Origin: an uncultured Gemmatimonadales bacterium
Lineage (GTDB): Bacteria > Gemmatimonadota > Gemmatimonadetes > Gemmatimonadales > GWC2-71-9
Direction of reading: 5' to 3'
DNA: 64,000 nucleotides
Assembly: GCA_963748815.1 (NCBI GenBank)
Contig: CAVVKJ010000010.1
Span: 832,001 to 896,000 of the forward strand
A model generated the notes under the pieces. It saw only the letters and a list, made by a program, of their open reading frames with translations, was not told the origin of the DNA and searched no databases. A program made the position numbers and the translations under genes. Positions 42,761 through 52,488 of this stretch are shown piece by piece (position 1 is the first letter of the stretch; each line of letters opens with the position of its first letter).

Positions 42761-43543
42761 CTACTTCGCGGTAAACGCCTCCGTCACGGTCATCGTGACC
42801 TTGGCCCCCGGGTAGACTGTGATGTCCTGGTCACCGGTTTCGTTGGCCACCGCCGCGCCGCCCGCGGCACCCACCGCACCACCGACGATGGCGCCGGTCG
42901 CATTGCCACCGATCGCCTTGCCGAGGAGGGCACCGGCGGCGGCGCCGGCGCCGACCTTGGCCGCCGTCCCGCCTGTGATGCCCCGCCCCTTCAACGTGTA
43001 GTCGAGGTGGTCCACCTTGCCGGCGATGGGGTAGCTGGTCCCGCCGATGATGACCGAGACGAGCGACGCCGAGAAGGTCTCCTTGCCGCCCTTGGTGGGG
43101 GCGGACTTGAACTGGTCGAGGCGGATGTTGACGGTCGAGCCCGCCGGAATGACGAGGCGGCCATCGGCCGACATCACGTCCATGCCGACCTTGGCCTGCA
43201 TCATGGCCCCGGACTTCGTGGTCCGCGAGGTCACCGTGTCGGGCACGGTGGCGGCGAAGGTGGCGCCGGCGGCGAGTTCCGCCGGCGGCGCGGGAGCCAC
43301 CGGCTTGGGCGCGGGCTTCGGGGTGGTCGACTTCGGCGTGGCGGCCTTGGGGGTCGCGGCCGTCGTCGTCGCCACCGGGGCCTGAGCCGTGGTGCCGGCG
43401 GTATCGGCCATCGGGTTGGTCGAATCCTGTTGGGCGAGCTGGAGGTCCCGGCTCAGGCTGTCGGCGACGGCGGCGTCGGACTTGTCACCCCCTCCGCAGG
43501 CGGCGAGGCTGAGGACAGCGAGCACAGCGAGTAGATTGCGCAT
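42761..43543 (-). CDS. Lipoprotein with Pro/Thr/Ala linker and glycine-zipper C-terminus
   Basis: Lipobox 'LAAC'; 'KVGAGAAAGALLGKAIGG..GAIVGGAVGAAGG'. Confidence 0.8.
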   Translation of the reverse strand: MRNLLAVLAVLSLAACGGGDKSDAAVADSLSRDLQLAQQDSTNPMADTAGTTAQAPVATTTAATPKAATPKSTTPKPAPKPVAPAPPAELAAGATFAATVPDTVTSRTTKSGAMMQAKVGMDVMSADGRLVIPAGSTVNIRLDQFKSAPTKGGKETFSASLVSVIIGGTSYPIAGKVDHLDYTLKGRGITGGTAAKVGAGAAAGALLGKAIGGNATGAIVGGAVGAAGGAAVANETGDQDITVYPGAKVTMTVTEAFTAK

Positions 43544-43619
43544 GTTCGAACTCCTATGGGGGCGGCTTGCCGGTCGCTTCTGCAACCGACGACATTGAGC
43601 AGATGAGAACCCGAAATAT

Positions 43620-45368
43620 ATGTTGAGGCACCTCCGGGCGCTTGTGCCCTACCTCACAAGATACAAATCGAGGTACGCCGCCGGGATGGTGTGCGTGGTG
43701 GTGTCCAACGGGCTGATCACCCTCGGTCCCAAGATCCTGGAGCACGGGATCAACCTGATCGATGGTGGCGGTTCCACCGGGGCGGTCGGCCGCGCCGCCC
43801 TGCTGCTGGTCGGCGTCACCCTGCTCGGCGGTACGGCGCGCTTTGGGATGCGGCAGCTCCTCAACAGCGGCAGCCGGTGGGTCGAATACGACCTCCGGAA
43901 CGACCTCTTCCGCCAGCTCGAACGTCTGAGCCCGTCGTTCTACGACCGCTCCTCCACCGGCGACCTGATGGCGCGCTCCACCAACGACCTCCTCGCCGCG
44001 CGGATGGCGGCAGGTCCCGCGCTGATGTACATGGTGGACACCGCCGTCCGCGTCGCGATGGTCCTCCCCGCCATGGTGGCCATGAGCCCCCGGCTCACCG
44101 CGCTGGCGCTGCTGCCGCTCCTGGGCCTGCCGGTGGTGATGATCTCGCTCGGGCAGCAGATCCACCGGCGGTCGCTGGCCATCCAGGATCAGTTCGGGAC
44201 GATCACCGCCCACGTGCACGAACACATCTCGGGGCTGCGCATCGTGCGCGCCTACCGGCAGGAGGCCGCGGAGACGGCGGAGTTCCGGCGGTTGAACGAC
44301 GAATACCGGGTGCGCAACATTGCCCTGGCCAAGGCGCAGGGGGCGTTCCACCCCTTGCTGGCGCTCCTCGCCGGGCTCGGCGGTGTCGTGGTGCTGGCGG
44401 TCGGCGGCCGGCTCGTGATGGCGGGAACGGTCAGCGTCGGCGAGTACGTGGCGTTCGGCGTCTACCTGATGATGCTCGCCTGGCCGCTGATCGCCCTGGG
44501 GTGGGCGGTGACGCTCGTGCAGCGCGGTGAGGCGGCGATGGGACGGATCAACGCGCTCTTCCACGAGCGCCCCGCCATCATCTCGCCGACCAATCCTGCG
44601 CTGTTGCCGCCGCGGCGCGGCGCGCGGAGCATCGCGCTCGACCGGGTGTGGTTCAAGTACCCGGCCGCCGAGGACCGGGGATGGGTGCTGCAGGATGTCT
44701 CCTTCGAGGTGAAGCCGGGTCAGTCGCTCGCCATCGTGGGCGCCACCGGCTCCGGGAAGTCGACGATCGCCGAGCTCCTGGCACGGAGCTACGACCCCGA
44801 TCGGGGGCGGGTGCTGCTGGACGGGCTGGACATCCGGACCATCGCGCTGGAAGAACTGCGGCAGAATCTCGGCGTCGTGCCCCAGGAGACCTTCCTCTTC
44901 AGCGCCACGGTGCGGGAGAACATCCTCCTCGGCGCCCCCGACGACGGGCGACTCGACCGGGTGGCCGAGGTGTCGCAACTCTCGGAGGCGCTCCCCGACC
45001 TGCCCGATGGGTACGACACGATGCTGGGCGAGCGCGGCATCAACCTGTCGGGCGGGCAGAAACAGCGCGCTTCGATCGCCCGGGCGCTGGCGCAGGATCC
45101 GCCGGTGTTCATCCTCGACGACGCCCTGAGCGCCGTCGATGCGCATACCGAGGCGCGCATCCTCGCGGGGCTCCGCGACGCCCTGGCCGGCCGCACCAGC
45201 GTGATCATTTCCCATCGGCTGGCCGCGGTGCGGGACGCCGACTGGATCATCGTGCTCGACGGCGGCAAGATGGTGGAAGCAGGCGTTCACGCCGACCTGC
45301 TCGCGGCCGGTGGGCGATATTGGGAGTTACTGCGCCGGCAGGAAATCGAGGAGCAGCTGGAGGTGTGA
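43620..45368 (+). CDS. ABC exporter, fused permease/ATPase (MdlA-like)
   Basis: TM domain, Walker A 'GATGSGKS', signature 'LSGGQKQR', Walker B 'ILDDALSAVD'. Confidence 0.95.
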   Translation: MLRHLRALVPYLTRYKSRYAAGMVCVVVSNGLITLGPKILEHGINLIDGGGSTGAVGRAALLLVGVTLLGGTARFGMRQLLNSGSRWVEYDLRNDLFRQLERLSPSFYDRSSTGDLMARSTNDLLAARMAAGPALMYMVDTAVRVAMVLPAMVAMSPRLTALALLPLLGLPVVMISLGQQIHRRSLAIQDQFGTITAHVHEHISGLRIVRAYRQEAAETAEFRRLNDEYRVRNIALAKAQGAFHPLLALLAGLGGVVVLAVGGRLVMAGTVSVGEYVAFGVYLMMLAWPLIALGWAVTLVQRGEAAMGRINALFHERPAIISPTNPALLPPRRGARSIALDRVWFKYPAAEDRGWVLQDVSFEVKPGQSLAIVGATGSGKSTIAELLARSYDPDRGRVLLDGLDIRTIALEELRQNLGVVPQETFLFSATVRENILLGAPDDGRLDRVAEVSQLSEALPDLPDGYDTMLGERGINLSGGQKQRASIARALAQDPPVFILDDALSAVDAHTEARILAGLRDALAGRTSVIISHRLAAVRDADWIIVLDGGKMVEAGVHADLLAAGGRYWELLRRQEIEEQLEV

Positions 45369-45517
45369 GGGCAGCGGGGCAGCGGGGCAGGGGCGCGGGG
45401 CTGCGGGGCAGCGGGGCGCGGGGCTGCAGGGAGCCGATGGTGCTCAAGCCGTCATTCCCGGCGCAAGCGTGGAATCCATTTGAATGGAGTGCGTGGACCC
45501 CGGCGTTCGCCGGGGTG
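45369..45517. repeat. (GCGGGGCA)n tract plus a degenerate family A REP pair
   Basis: Directly visible after the ABC gene stop. Confidence 0.75.
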
Positions 45518-45554
45518 CAGTCGCATCCCGCGATCAGCATGACCGGAGCAGTGC

Positions 45555-46280
45555 ATGAAGAAACCAGAACCGATCACCACCGGCGCAGTAATCCTCGCCC
45601 TCGGCATCGCCGCCGCCGGGTGGCTGGCCGGCGCCGGCCTGGCCGCCAGCCGCACCGCCGACCGGTACGTGACGGTCAAGGGCATCTCGGAGCGCGACGC
45701 GCAGGCCGACCTCGCCCTCTGGCCGCTTCGGCTGGTGGTGAGCGACAACGACCTCAACCGGGCCTACACCCGACTCTCCACCCAGCTCGGGCAGGTGCGG
45801 GTCTTCCTCGCCCGGCAGGGCATCGACACCTCCCTCGTCGAGCTGCAGGCCTTCTCGGTCAGCGATGCCTACACCAACCAGTACCGCAATTCCGACGCGG
45901 TGACCCGCTACGTCATCAACCAGACCCTGATGGTGCGGAGCAGCGATCCCGGCCGGGTGCTGGCGGCCAGCCAGAAGGTCGGGGAACTGGTGCAGGCGGG
46001 CGTGGTATTCTCGTCGGGGCAGGAGTACGGCGGTGGCGGACCGACCTTCGTCTTCTCCGGCCTGAACGACCTGAAGCCGCAGATGATCGCCGAGGCGACC
46101 GGCCGTGCCCGCGAGGCCGCCGACCAGTTCGCCACCGACTCCAAGAGCCACCTCGGCGGCATCCGCCGCGCCAACCAGGGGGTCTTCGAGATCCTGGCGC
46201 GCGACCAGGCGCCCGGCATCAGCGAGCAAGGCCAGATTTCGAAGCGGGTACGGATCGTGTCGACAGTAGAGTATTTCTAG
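45555..46280 (+). CDS. SIMPL/DUF541 domain protein
   Basis: 'RYVTVKGISER..ADLALWP', 'LKPQMIAEAT..AREAADQFA', 'IRRANQGVF', 'KRVRIVSTVEYF'. Confidence 0.9.
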   Translation: MKKPEPITTGAVILALGIAAAGWLAGAGLAASRTADRYVTVKGISERDAQADLALWPLRLVVSDNDLNRAYTRLSTQLGQVRVFLARQGIDTSLVELQAFSVSDAYTNQYRNSDAVTRYVINQTLMVRSSDPGRVLAASQKVGELVQAGVVFSSGQEYGGGGPTFVFSGLNDLKPQMIAEATGRAREAADQFATDSKSHLGGIRRANQGVFEILARDQAPGISEQGQISKRVRIVSTVEYF

Positions 46281-46347
46281 ACTGAGGACGGGACTGAGGA
46301 CTGAGGACTGAGGACTGAGGACTGAGGACTGAGGACTGAGGACTGAG
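46280..46347 (+). repeat. Tandem heptamer (GACTGAG)x8 (46292-46347) plus one unit sharing the last base of the SIMPL stop codon
   Basis: Directly counted. Confidence 0.95.
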
Positions 46348-46382
46348 GCCCGAAGGTAACCCCCTGCCCATGGAGCCGTCAC

Positions 46383-47950
46383 ATGAGACGAATCGTCTTG
46401 ATTGCGTTGGTTGCTGGACTCGCGCTGGCCCCTGCCGCACACGCCCAGAAGGCCGCCAAGAAGCCCGGCGGCAAGCCCAACATCCTGGTCATCTGGGGTG
46501 ACGACATCGGGTACTGGAATATCAGCGCCTACAACCTCGGTCAGATGGGCTACAAGACGCCCAACATCGACCGGATCGCTCGCGAGGGCGCCCTCTTCAC
46601 CGACCTGTACGGACAGCAGAGCTGCACGGCGGGACGCGGCGCCTTCCTGACAGGCCAGAGCCCCTTCCGGACCGGCCTGCTCAAGGTGGGACTTCCGGGC
46701 GCCAAGGAAGGGCTCCAGCCGCAGGATCCGACCATCGCCGAGCTCCTGAAGCCACAGGGGTACGTGACCGGCCAGTTCGGCAAGAACCACCTTGGCGACC
46801 TCGACGCGATGCTCCCCACCATGCACGGCTTCGACGAGTTCTTCGGGTCGCTCTACCACCTGAACGCCGAGGAAGAGCCCGAAGACCCCGACTACCCGAA
46901 GGACCCGGCGTTCCGCGCCAAGTACGCGCCGCGCGGTGTGCTCCACACCTGGGCCGAGCCGAACGGAACCCAGCGGATCGAGAACACCGGCCCGCTCACC
47001 AAGAAGCGGATGGAGACGATCGACGAGGAGTTCGAGGCGGCGGCCAGGCACGTTCATCACCAACGCCTCCAAGGGCGACAAGCCGTTCTTCGTCTGGTTC
47101 AACTCCACCCGCATGCACATCTGGACCCACCTCCAGCCCAGAGCGACGGCGTCACCGGCCTGGGCGTCTATCCCGACGGCATGGTCGAGCACGACGCGCA
47201 TGGTCGGCCGACTGCTGAATCTGCTCGACAGCCTTGGCATCGCCGACAACACGATCGTGATGTACTCCACCGACAACGGCGCCGAGAAGTTCTCCTGGCC
47301 CGACGGCGGGACGTCGCCCTTCCGGAACGAGAAGGCCTCGAACTGGGAAGGCGCGTACCGCGTCCCGGGCATGATCCGGTGGCCCGGCACCATCAAGCCG
47401 GGCACGGTGCTGAACGACATCGTGTCGCACGAGGACTGGGTGCCGACGTCTGGTGTCGGCGGCCGGGCAACCCGAACGTGAAGGAGCAGCTGCTGACCGG
47501 ATACCAGGCCGCGGGCAAGACCTTCAAGGTCCACCTCGACGGGTACAACCTCACGGACTATCTGAGTGGGAAGGGCGCGGACCCGCGGAAGGACTTCTTC
47601 TACTTCAACGACGACGGGTCGCTCGTCGGGCTGCGGTACAACCAGTACAAGGTCGTCTTCGCCGAGCAGCGGGCGACAGGGCTCGACGTGTGGCAGGACC
47701 CGTTCGTGCCGCTCCGGTTCCCGAAGCTCTTCAACCTGCGGTCAGATCCGTTCGAGATCGGCGACCACGAGAGCATCAGCTACGACAAGTGGCGGGTGGA
47801 GCACGTCTTCGTGCTGGTGCCGGCCCAGGCAGTACGTGGCCAAGTTCCTTGGCACCTTCAAGGACTTCCCGCCGCGCCAGAAGGCCGGCAGCTTCTCGGT
47901 CGATGAGGTGCTGCAGACGCTGCCAGAATGCGAATCAGCAGAGCAACTGA
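46383..47950 (+). CDS. Secreted arylsulfatase (Cys-type, CxAxR), several frameshifts
   Basis: 'KPNILVIWGDDIG', 'TPNIDRIA', 'SCTAGRGAFLTG', 'GKNHLGD', 'STDNG', 'WEGAYRVP', 'FNLRSDPFE'. Confidence 0.92.
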
Positions 47951-48036
47951 CGAGGACTGAGGACTGAATCCTGAGGGCTGGGGATTGGGGACTGAGGGCG
48001 AAACCGCTTCCTCTCCGTCCCCAGTCCCCAGTCCCG

Positions 48037-48765
48037 TTACAGCCTTCCCTTCAGGAACTCGGGCGTGAGTGACTGCAGCCACCCCGCCATTCTCGTGAAC
48101 TCCCCGGTCACCATCAACAGCCCGACGAGGATCAGCAGGAGTCCGCTCGCGCGCATGACCCACGGCAGGTACTTGCGGAACTTCTGGAACCAGTCGAGGA
48201 ACGCCTCCATGGCCCACGCCGCCGCCAGGAACGGCACCGCGAGGCCGGCGGAGTAGGCGCCGAGCAGCGCCATCCCCTGCCCCACGTCGCCCTGGGTAGC
48301 GGCCATGCCGAGGATCCCGCCGAGGATCGGCCCGATGCACGGGGTCCACCCCGCCGCGAACGCCATCCCCACCAGGACCGACCCGAGATAGCCAATCGGC
48401 TTCCGATCCAGATGCACCCGCTGCTCCATCTGCAGGAAGCGGAACTTGAAGACCCCCATCGCGTACAAGCCGAAGAGGATGATCAGCACGCCGCCCACCC
48501 GCTGGAGCCAGACCTGGTAGTACTTGAGCGCGGAGCCGAGGGCGGTGGCGCTCGCTCCCAGGATCACGAAGATCAACGCAAAGCCGAAGACGAACAGCAG
48601 CGCGTGGATCATGGCCATCCGGCGGCGGCCGCTCATCTCTTCCAGCGTCATGCCGGTCAGGAAGCCGAGATAGCTCGGCACCAGCGGCAGCACGCAGGGC
48701 GAGAGGAAGCTCAGCACCCCCGCGGCAAAGGCCACGAAAAAGCCGAGGTTGTCGGGAGTGTTCAC
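48037..48765 (-). CDS. ccdA: Cytochrome c biogenesis / thiol-disulfide transporter CcdA
   Basis: 'AGVLSFLSPCVLPLVPSYL', 'AGWTPCIGPILG'. Confidence 0.93.
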   Translation of the reverse strand: MNTPDNLGFFVAFAAGVLSFLSPCVLPLVPSYLGFLTGMTLEEMSGRRRMAMIHALLFVFGFALIFVILGASATALGSALKYYQVWLQRVGGVLIILFGLYAMGVFKFRFLQMEQRVHLDRKPIGYLGSVLVGMAFAAGWTPCIGPILGGILGMAATQGDVGQGMALLGAYSAGLAVPFLAAAWAMEAFLDWFQKFRKYLPWVMRASGLLLILVGLLMVTGEFTRMAGWLQSLTPEFLKGRL

Positions 48766-49232
48766 AGCCCCTCCAGGGCGCGGCTCTGGCAGTCACGGCA
48801 GGTGCCGTGCAGCTCGACGCGGTGGGTGCGATAGCGGAAGCGGTGTTCGTCGGCGATGATCGGCAGCATCCGTTCGAGGCGCTCGTTGGTGAACTCCTCG
48901 ACACCGCCGCACGACACGCAGACGAGATGCCCGTGGGAGCCCTGCGGCGTCGCCCCCTCGTACCGCCGGAAGCCGTCGCCAAACTCATGCAGCCGGATCA
49001 GGCCGCTCTCGACCAGGAGGTCGAGCGTCCGGTACACCGTGGCGATGCCGATCCGCTTCCCCTGGCCGGAGAGGCGCTGGTGGACGGCGGCGGCGGTCAG
49101 GTGGTCGGGGGCGGCAAAAATGGCGTGGGCAATCAGGTCGCGCTGCTGCGTGACGGGGAGCCGATGTTCCCGGAGGTAGTGACGGAACCGCTCGAGGAGA
49201 TCGGCGGCCTCAGCCGAGGTCAGGTGCGCCAT
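48762..49232 (-). CDS. Fur-family transcriptional regulator
   Basis: 'TQQRDLI', 'HLTA', 'IATVYRTL', 'HGHLVCVSCG', 'GTCRDC'. Confidence 0.93.
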   Translation of the reverse strand: MAHLTSAEAADLLERFRHYLREHRLPVTQQRDLIAHAIFAAPDHLTAAAVHQRLSGQGKRIGIATVYRTLDLLVESGLIRLHEFGDGFRRYEGATPQGSHGHLVCVSCGGVEEFTNERLERMLPIIADEHRFRYRTHRVELHGTCRDCQSRALEGL

Positions 49233-49614
49233 CGTCCTCGACGGGGTACCACCGCTCCAGCGGAATCTGGACCGGCGGCTCCTCCTCGGTGCGCTTCGGC
49301 ACCAGGGCCACCAGATCCTCGACGGCGTCCACCGGCCCGCTCCCCACCTCCGCGAATTCGGAGGCGAACTCCCCCCGCTTCTTCCCCTTGAGCGTGTGGG
49401 CGTAGCGCGCGGTGTAGATGACGAGCCGGTCGTCCACGACCCGGGAGAGGATGGCGGTGCCGTACTCCTTGCCGTCGCGACGGAAGGGACGGAACACCCA
49501 GAGGCCGTGGAGCTCCGCGACGGTCAGCTCGGAAGCCACCGCCTGGGCCAGCAGCGCCCACCCGTCGCCGACGCCCGGCTCGGGCGGCGTCGTTACCTGG
49601 TAGCCTGTTCCCAT
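49210..49614 (-). CDS. Hypothetical protein
   Basis: Fills the gap between the TIGR00300-like gene and fur and overlaps both; plausible globular sequence; start uncertain. Confidence 0.65.
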   Translation of the reverse strand: MGTGYQVTTPPEPGVGDGWALLAQAVASELTVAELHGLWVFRPFRRDGKEYGTAILSRVVDDRLVIYTARYAHTLKGKKRGEFASEFAEVGSGPVDAVEDLVALVPKRTEEEPPVQIPLERWYPVEDDGAPDLG

Positions 49615-50693
49615 TTTTCCACGTAGAGTCGAAGGACGTGCATGAAGTCCTGAGCGTTGGTGACGACGCCGTAGGCCTGGTGGGTGCCGCGGTCCTTCAG
49701 CTTGTTGACCACGAACTCCGTCTGGTCCACGCAGATGGTCATCAGTTCGGCCGGGACGCCGTCGTAGTGCGTGTGAAAGGCGGGGAGCATGTTGCCCACC
49801 GCGATCGCGTGCAGGGCCGTGGCCACGAAGATGGCGCCGGTGGCCCGCACCGCGTGCTCCCGCATGGCGTCCTGCGCGGCGAGGGAATCCTGGATGACCC
49901 CGGGGAGCGGCCCGTCGTCGCGGATGGAGCCGGCCAGCACGTACGGCACCTTGCTCGTCACCAGCGCGTGCATGATGCCGCTCGTGATGAGCCCCGACGC
50001 GACGGCCTTCTCGATGGAGCCGGCGGCGCGCACCCGGTTGATGGCGCGCATGTGCAGCCCGTGCCCCCCCTCGGTGGGCTGGCCGGTGTTGGACATGCCG
50101 AGGGTGGTGCCGAAGATGGCCGCCTCGATGTCGTGCACCGCCACGGCGTTGCCGGCCAGGACGGCGTGCACGTAGCCGTTGCGGATGAACCACTCGAAAT
50201 CGGCGCGCGCCCGGGAGTGGACCAGCGCCGGGCCCGCCACCCAGAGGACATACCCGCCGCGCTTCTTCTCCTCGCCGATGCGGGCGGCCAGCTCCTCGTA
50301 GTTCACGGGGCGCTCGCGGCTCACCTCGGTGGACATGAAGCGGAACTCGTTGCCGCTGTGCGCGCCCGGTCAGGAAACCGGCTGGTGTGCACGTACACCC
50401 CCTGGCTGCCGTCCTCCGCCTCCCCCATCACGATCTCCGCCCCGGCCTTCAGCCGGCGCGGCTCCGACACCGCCAGCCCGTCGCCCTGGCGGACGATGAC
50501 GCAGTCCATGCGTGGGCGGGCGGGCATGACCCACCTGCCGCCCCCCAGATGGACGTAGGTGGGGAGGTTGGAGGTCGAAAAGAAGTCCTCGGGCAGGACC
50601 CCGTCGGCCGGAAGGGGAGCAAAGCGCGCCGGTGGGCGCCCCGACGAACGGGGCCTTCGTGAAGTCCGGCGGGGTATATCGAGGAGTGGCCAT
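49593..50693 (-). CDS. TIGR00300 / LOR-SDH-conserved-domain protein (ornithine cyclodeaminase-like, related to the AgrE/ArgZ C-terminus), frameshifted
   Basis: 'GVLPEDFFSTSNLPT', 'RMDCVIV', 'FRFMSTEVSRERP', 'AGPALVHS', 'AGNAVAVHDIE', 'LAGSIRDDGPLP', 'LHAIAVGNM', 'KLKDRG'. Confidence 0.8.
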
Positions 50694-50795
50694 AGGTTGG
50701 GGAATCTTAGGGGTGGCCGGGGGGGGATTCAAGGCAGGCCTCGACACGCGCTATATTTCGAGCACTTGTCCCCCTGACTATACGGAGTTCGAATC

Positions 50796-52415
50796 ATGAG
50801 AGCAGTCTTGACAGCCTCGCTCACCGCGGCCGCCATCGCGGCGAGTCCATTGATGGCCCAGGCGCCCGCGCTGCCGCCGGCTCCAGTGCAGGCCCTCGGT
50901 GCCCCGGCCAAGATGGACAGCCGGTTTGGAGCCCTCGAGTTCAAGGACGGCGCCCCCACGGTCGCGACGGCCGATGCGGTCTACTCCGCCCTCGCCTTCA
51001 CCAACGGCCTGGACGTCTACAACAACAGCTTCCGGGGCGCCTCTGCCTACGCACTCCGAACCGGGTTCTACGGTCTCGGCGCGCGCGGGAACGACGTCGT
51101 CATCTTCTCGGAGCTGATGAATTCGAAGTCGGTCTTCCTGACCGGCAATGCCGACACCATCTACTACCTCTCGATTCTCGACCTCACCAAGGGCCCGATC
51201 GTCATCGAGCAGCCGCCCAAGTCGGTCGGCACCATCAACGACATGTGGTTCTCCTGGATCATCGACATCGGCACGCCCGGTCCCGACCGGGGTGAAGGCG
51301 GGCGGTACCTGATCGTGCCCCCGGATTACGATGGCCCGCTGCCCGAAGGCGGGTATTACATCGCACGGTCGAGCACCGTCCATGCGCTGTATGCCGCCAG
51401 GGCCTACCTGGTCGACAACGACCCGAAGCCCGCTGTCGCCATGATCAGGAAGTCCATGAAGATCTACCCCTACACCCCGGGCGGCGAGGGGACGAGCATC
51501 GCCTCGGCGCTCGAGGGGACGGTCCGGATCGCGCAGAATCCGCCGGTTCCTGAGACCAGGTTCATCGAGGGGTCGAACCAGGTGTTCAATACCATCCCGC
51601 CCAGCGACTACTCGTTCTTCGAGATGATCAACGCCAACGTGCAGGAAGAGCCGGCCACCAGCTACGACGTGGAACTGGCCGGCCAGATGGCGGCCATCGG
51701 CATCGTGAAGGGCAAGCCGTTCAATCCGGACGCTCGGATGAAGAAGATCCTGACCGAAGCAGCCGCCGTCGGGAACGCGACCGGCCGGGTGCTGAACTGG
51801 CGTCCGTTCGAATCGCTGGGCTGGTCCTACTACCCGGGCTCGGCGTGGGGCAGCATGCTCTGGGAGGGTGGCGCCTTCTTCGAGACTCCGCCGCCGATGT
51901 TCACCAAGGACGGCATGTTCAAGCCGCTCCCGCCGACCGGCGCGCGGACCCTCGCCTCGCGGACGGCATTCTACTACGGCTACACCCTCGATTCGCCCGG
52001 CATGATCATGCGGATTCCCGGGGTCGGCTCGCAGTACCTGATGGGCTTCCTCGACGCCAGCAAGAACCCCTTCGACGGGGCCAAGACCTACAAGGTGACG
52101 CTGCCGCCGAACATTCCCGCCCGGGCGTTCTGGTCGTTCACCCTGTATGACAACCAGACCCGCTCCATGCTGGCCACGCCCCAGCTCTATCCCCGCGCCG
52201 GCAGCCAGAGCTATCCCTCGCCGGCCGCCAAGGCGAGCGCCGACGGCTCGACGACGATCTACTTCGGCCCCAAGCAGCCGGCCGGCGTGGATCGCGGCAA
52301 CTGGATCCAGACCGATCCGGCCAAGGGGTGGTTCACCATCCTCCGGCTCTACAGCCCGCTCGAGTCCTTCTTCGACAAGAGCTGGCGGCCGACCGAGATC
52401 GAGCTGGTGAAGTAG
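50796..52415 (+). CDS. Secreted DUF1254/DUF1214 domain protein
   Basis: 'LTGNADTIY', 'GPDRGEGGRYL', 'GVGSQYL', 'PARAFWSFTLYD', 'NWIQT', 'LRLYSP'. Confidence 0.9.
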   Translation: MRAVLTASLTAAAIAASPLMAQAPALPPAPVQALGAPAKMDSRFGALEFKDGAPTVATADAVYSALAFTNGLDVYNNSFRGASAYALRTGFYGLGARGNDVVIFSELMNSKSVFLTGNADTIYYLSILDLTKGPIVIEQPPKSVGTINDMWFSWIIDIGTPGPDRGEGGRYLIVPPDYDGPLPEGGYYIARSSTVHALYAARAYLVDNDPKPAVAMIRKSMKIYPYTPGGEGTSIASALEGTVRIAQNPPVPETRFIEGSNQVFNTIPPSDYSFFEMINANVQEEPATSYDVELAGQMAAIGIVKGKPFNPDARMKKILTEAAAVGNATGRVLNWRPFESLGWSYYPGSAWGSMLWEGGAFFETPPPMFTKDGMFKPLPPTGARTLASRTAFYYGYTLDSPGMIMRIPGVGSQYLMGFLDASKNPFDGAKTYKVTLPPNIPARAFWSFTLYDNQTRSMLATPQLYPRAGSQSYPSPAAKASADGSTTIYFGPKQPAGVDRGNWIQTDPAKGWFTILRLYSPLESFFDKSWRPTEIELVK

Positions 52416-52421
52416 CGCAGT

Positions 52422-52462
52422 TACAGGAGACTCACCGGGTCACGGTCGATCGTGACCCGGGG
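52422..52462 (-). repeat. 41-bp copy (40/41 identical) of the priA 3' end at 54703-54743
   Basis: tacaggagactcaccgggtc[a/g]cggtcgatcgtgacccgggg at both positions; both read PRVTIDRDPVSLL-stop on the minus strand. Confidence 0.95.
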
Positions 52463-52488
52463 GCTCCTGCCCTGCGGCCTCTCCCGGT

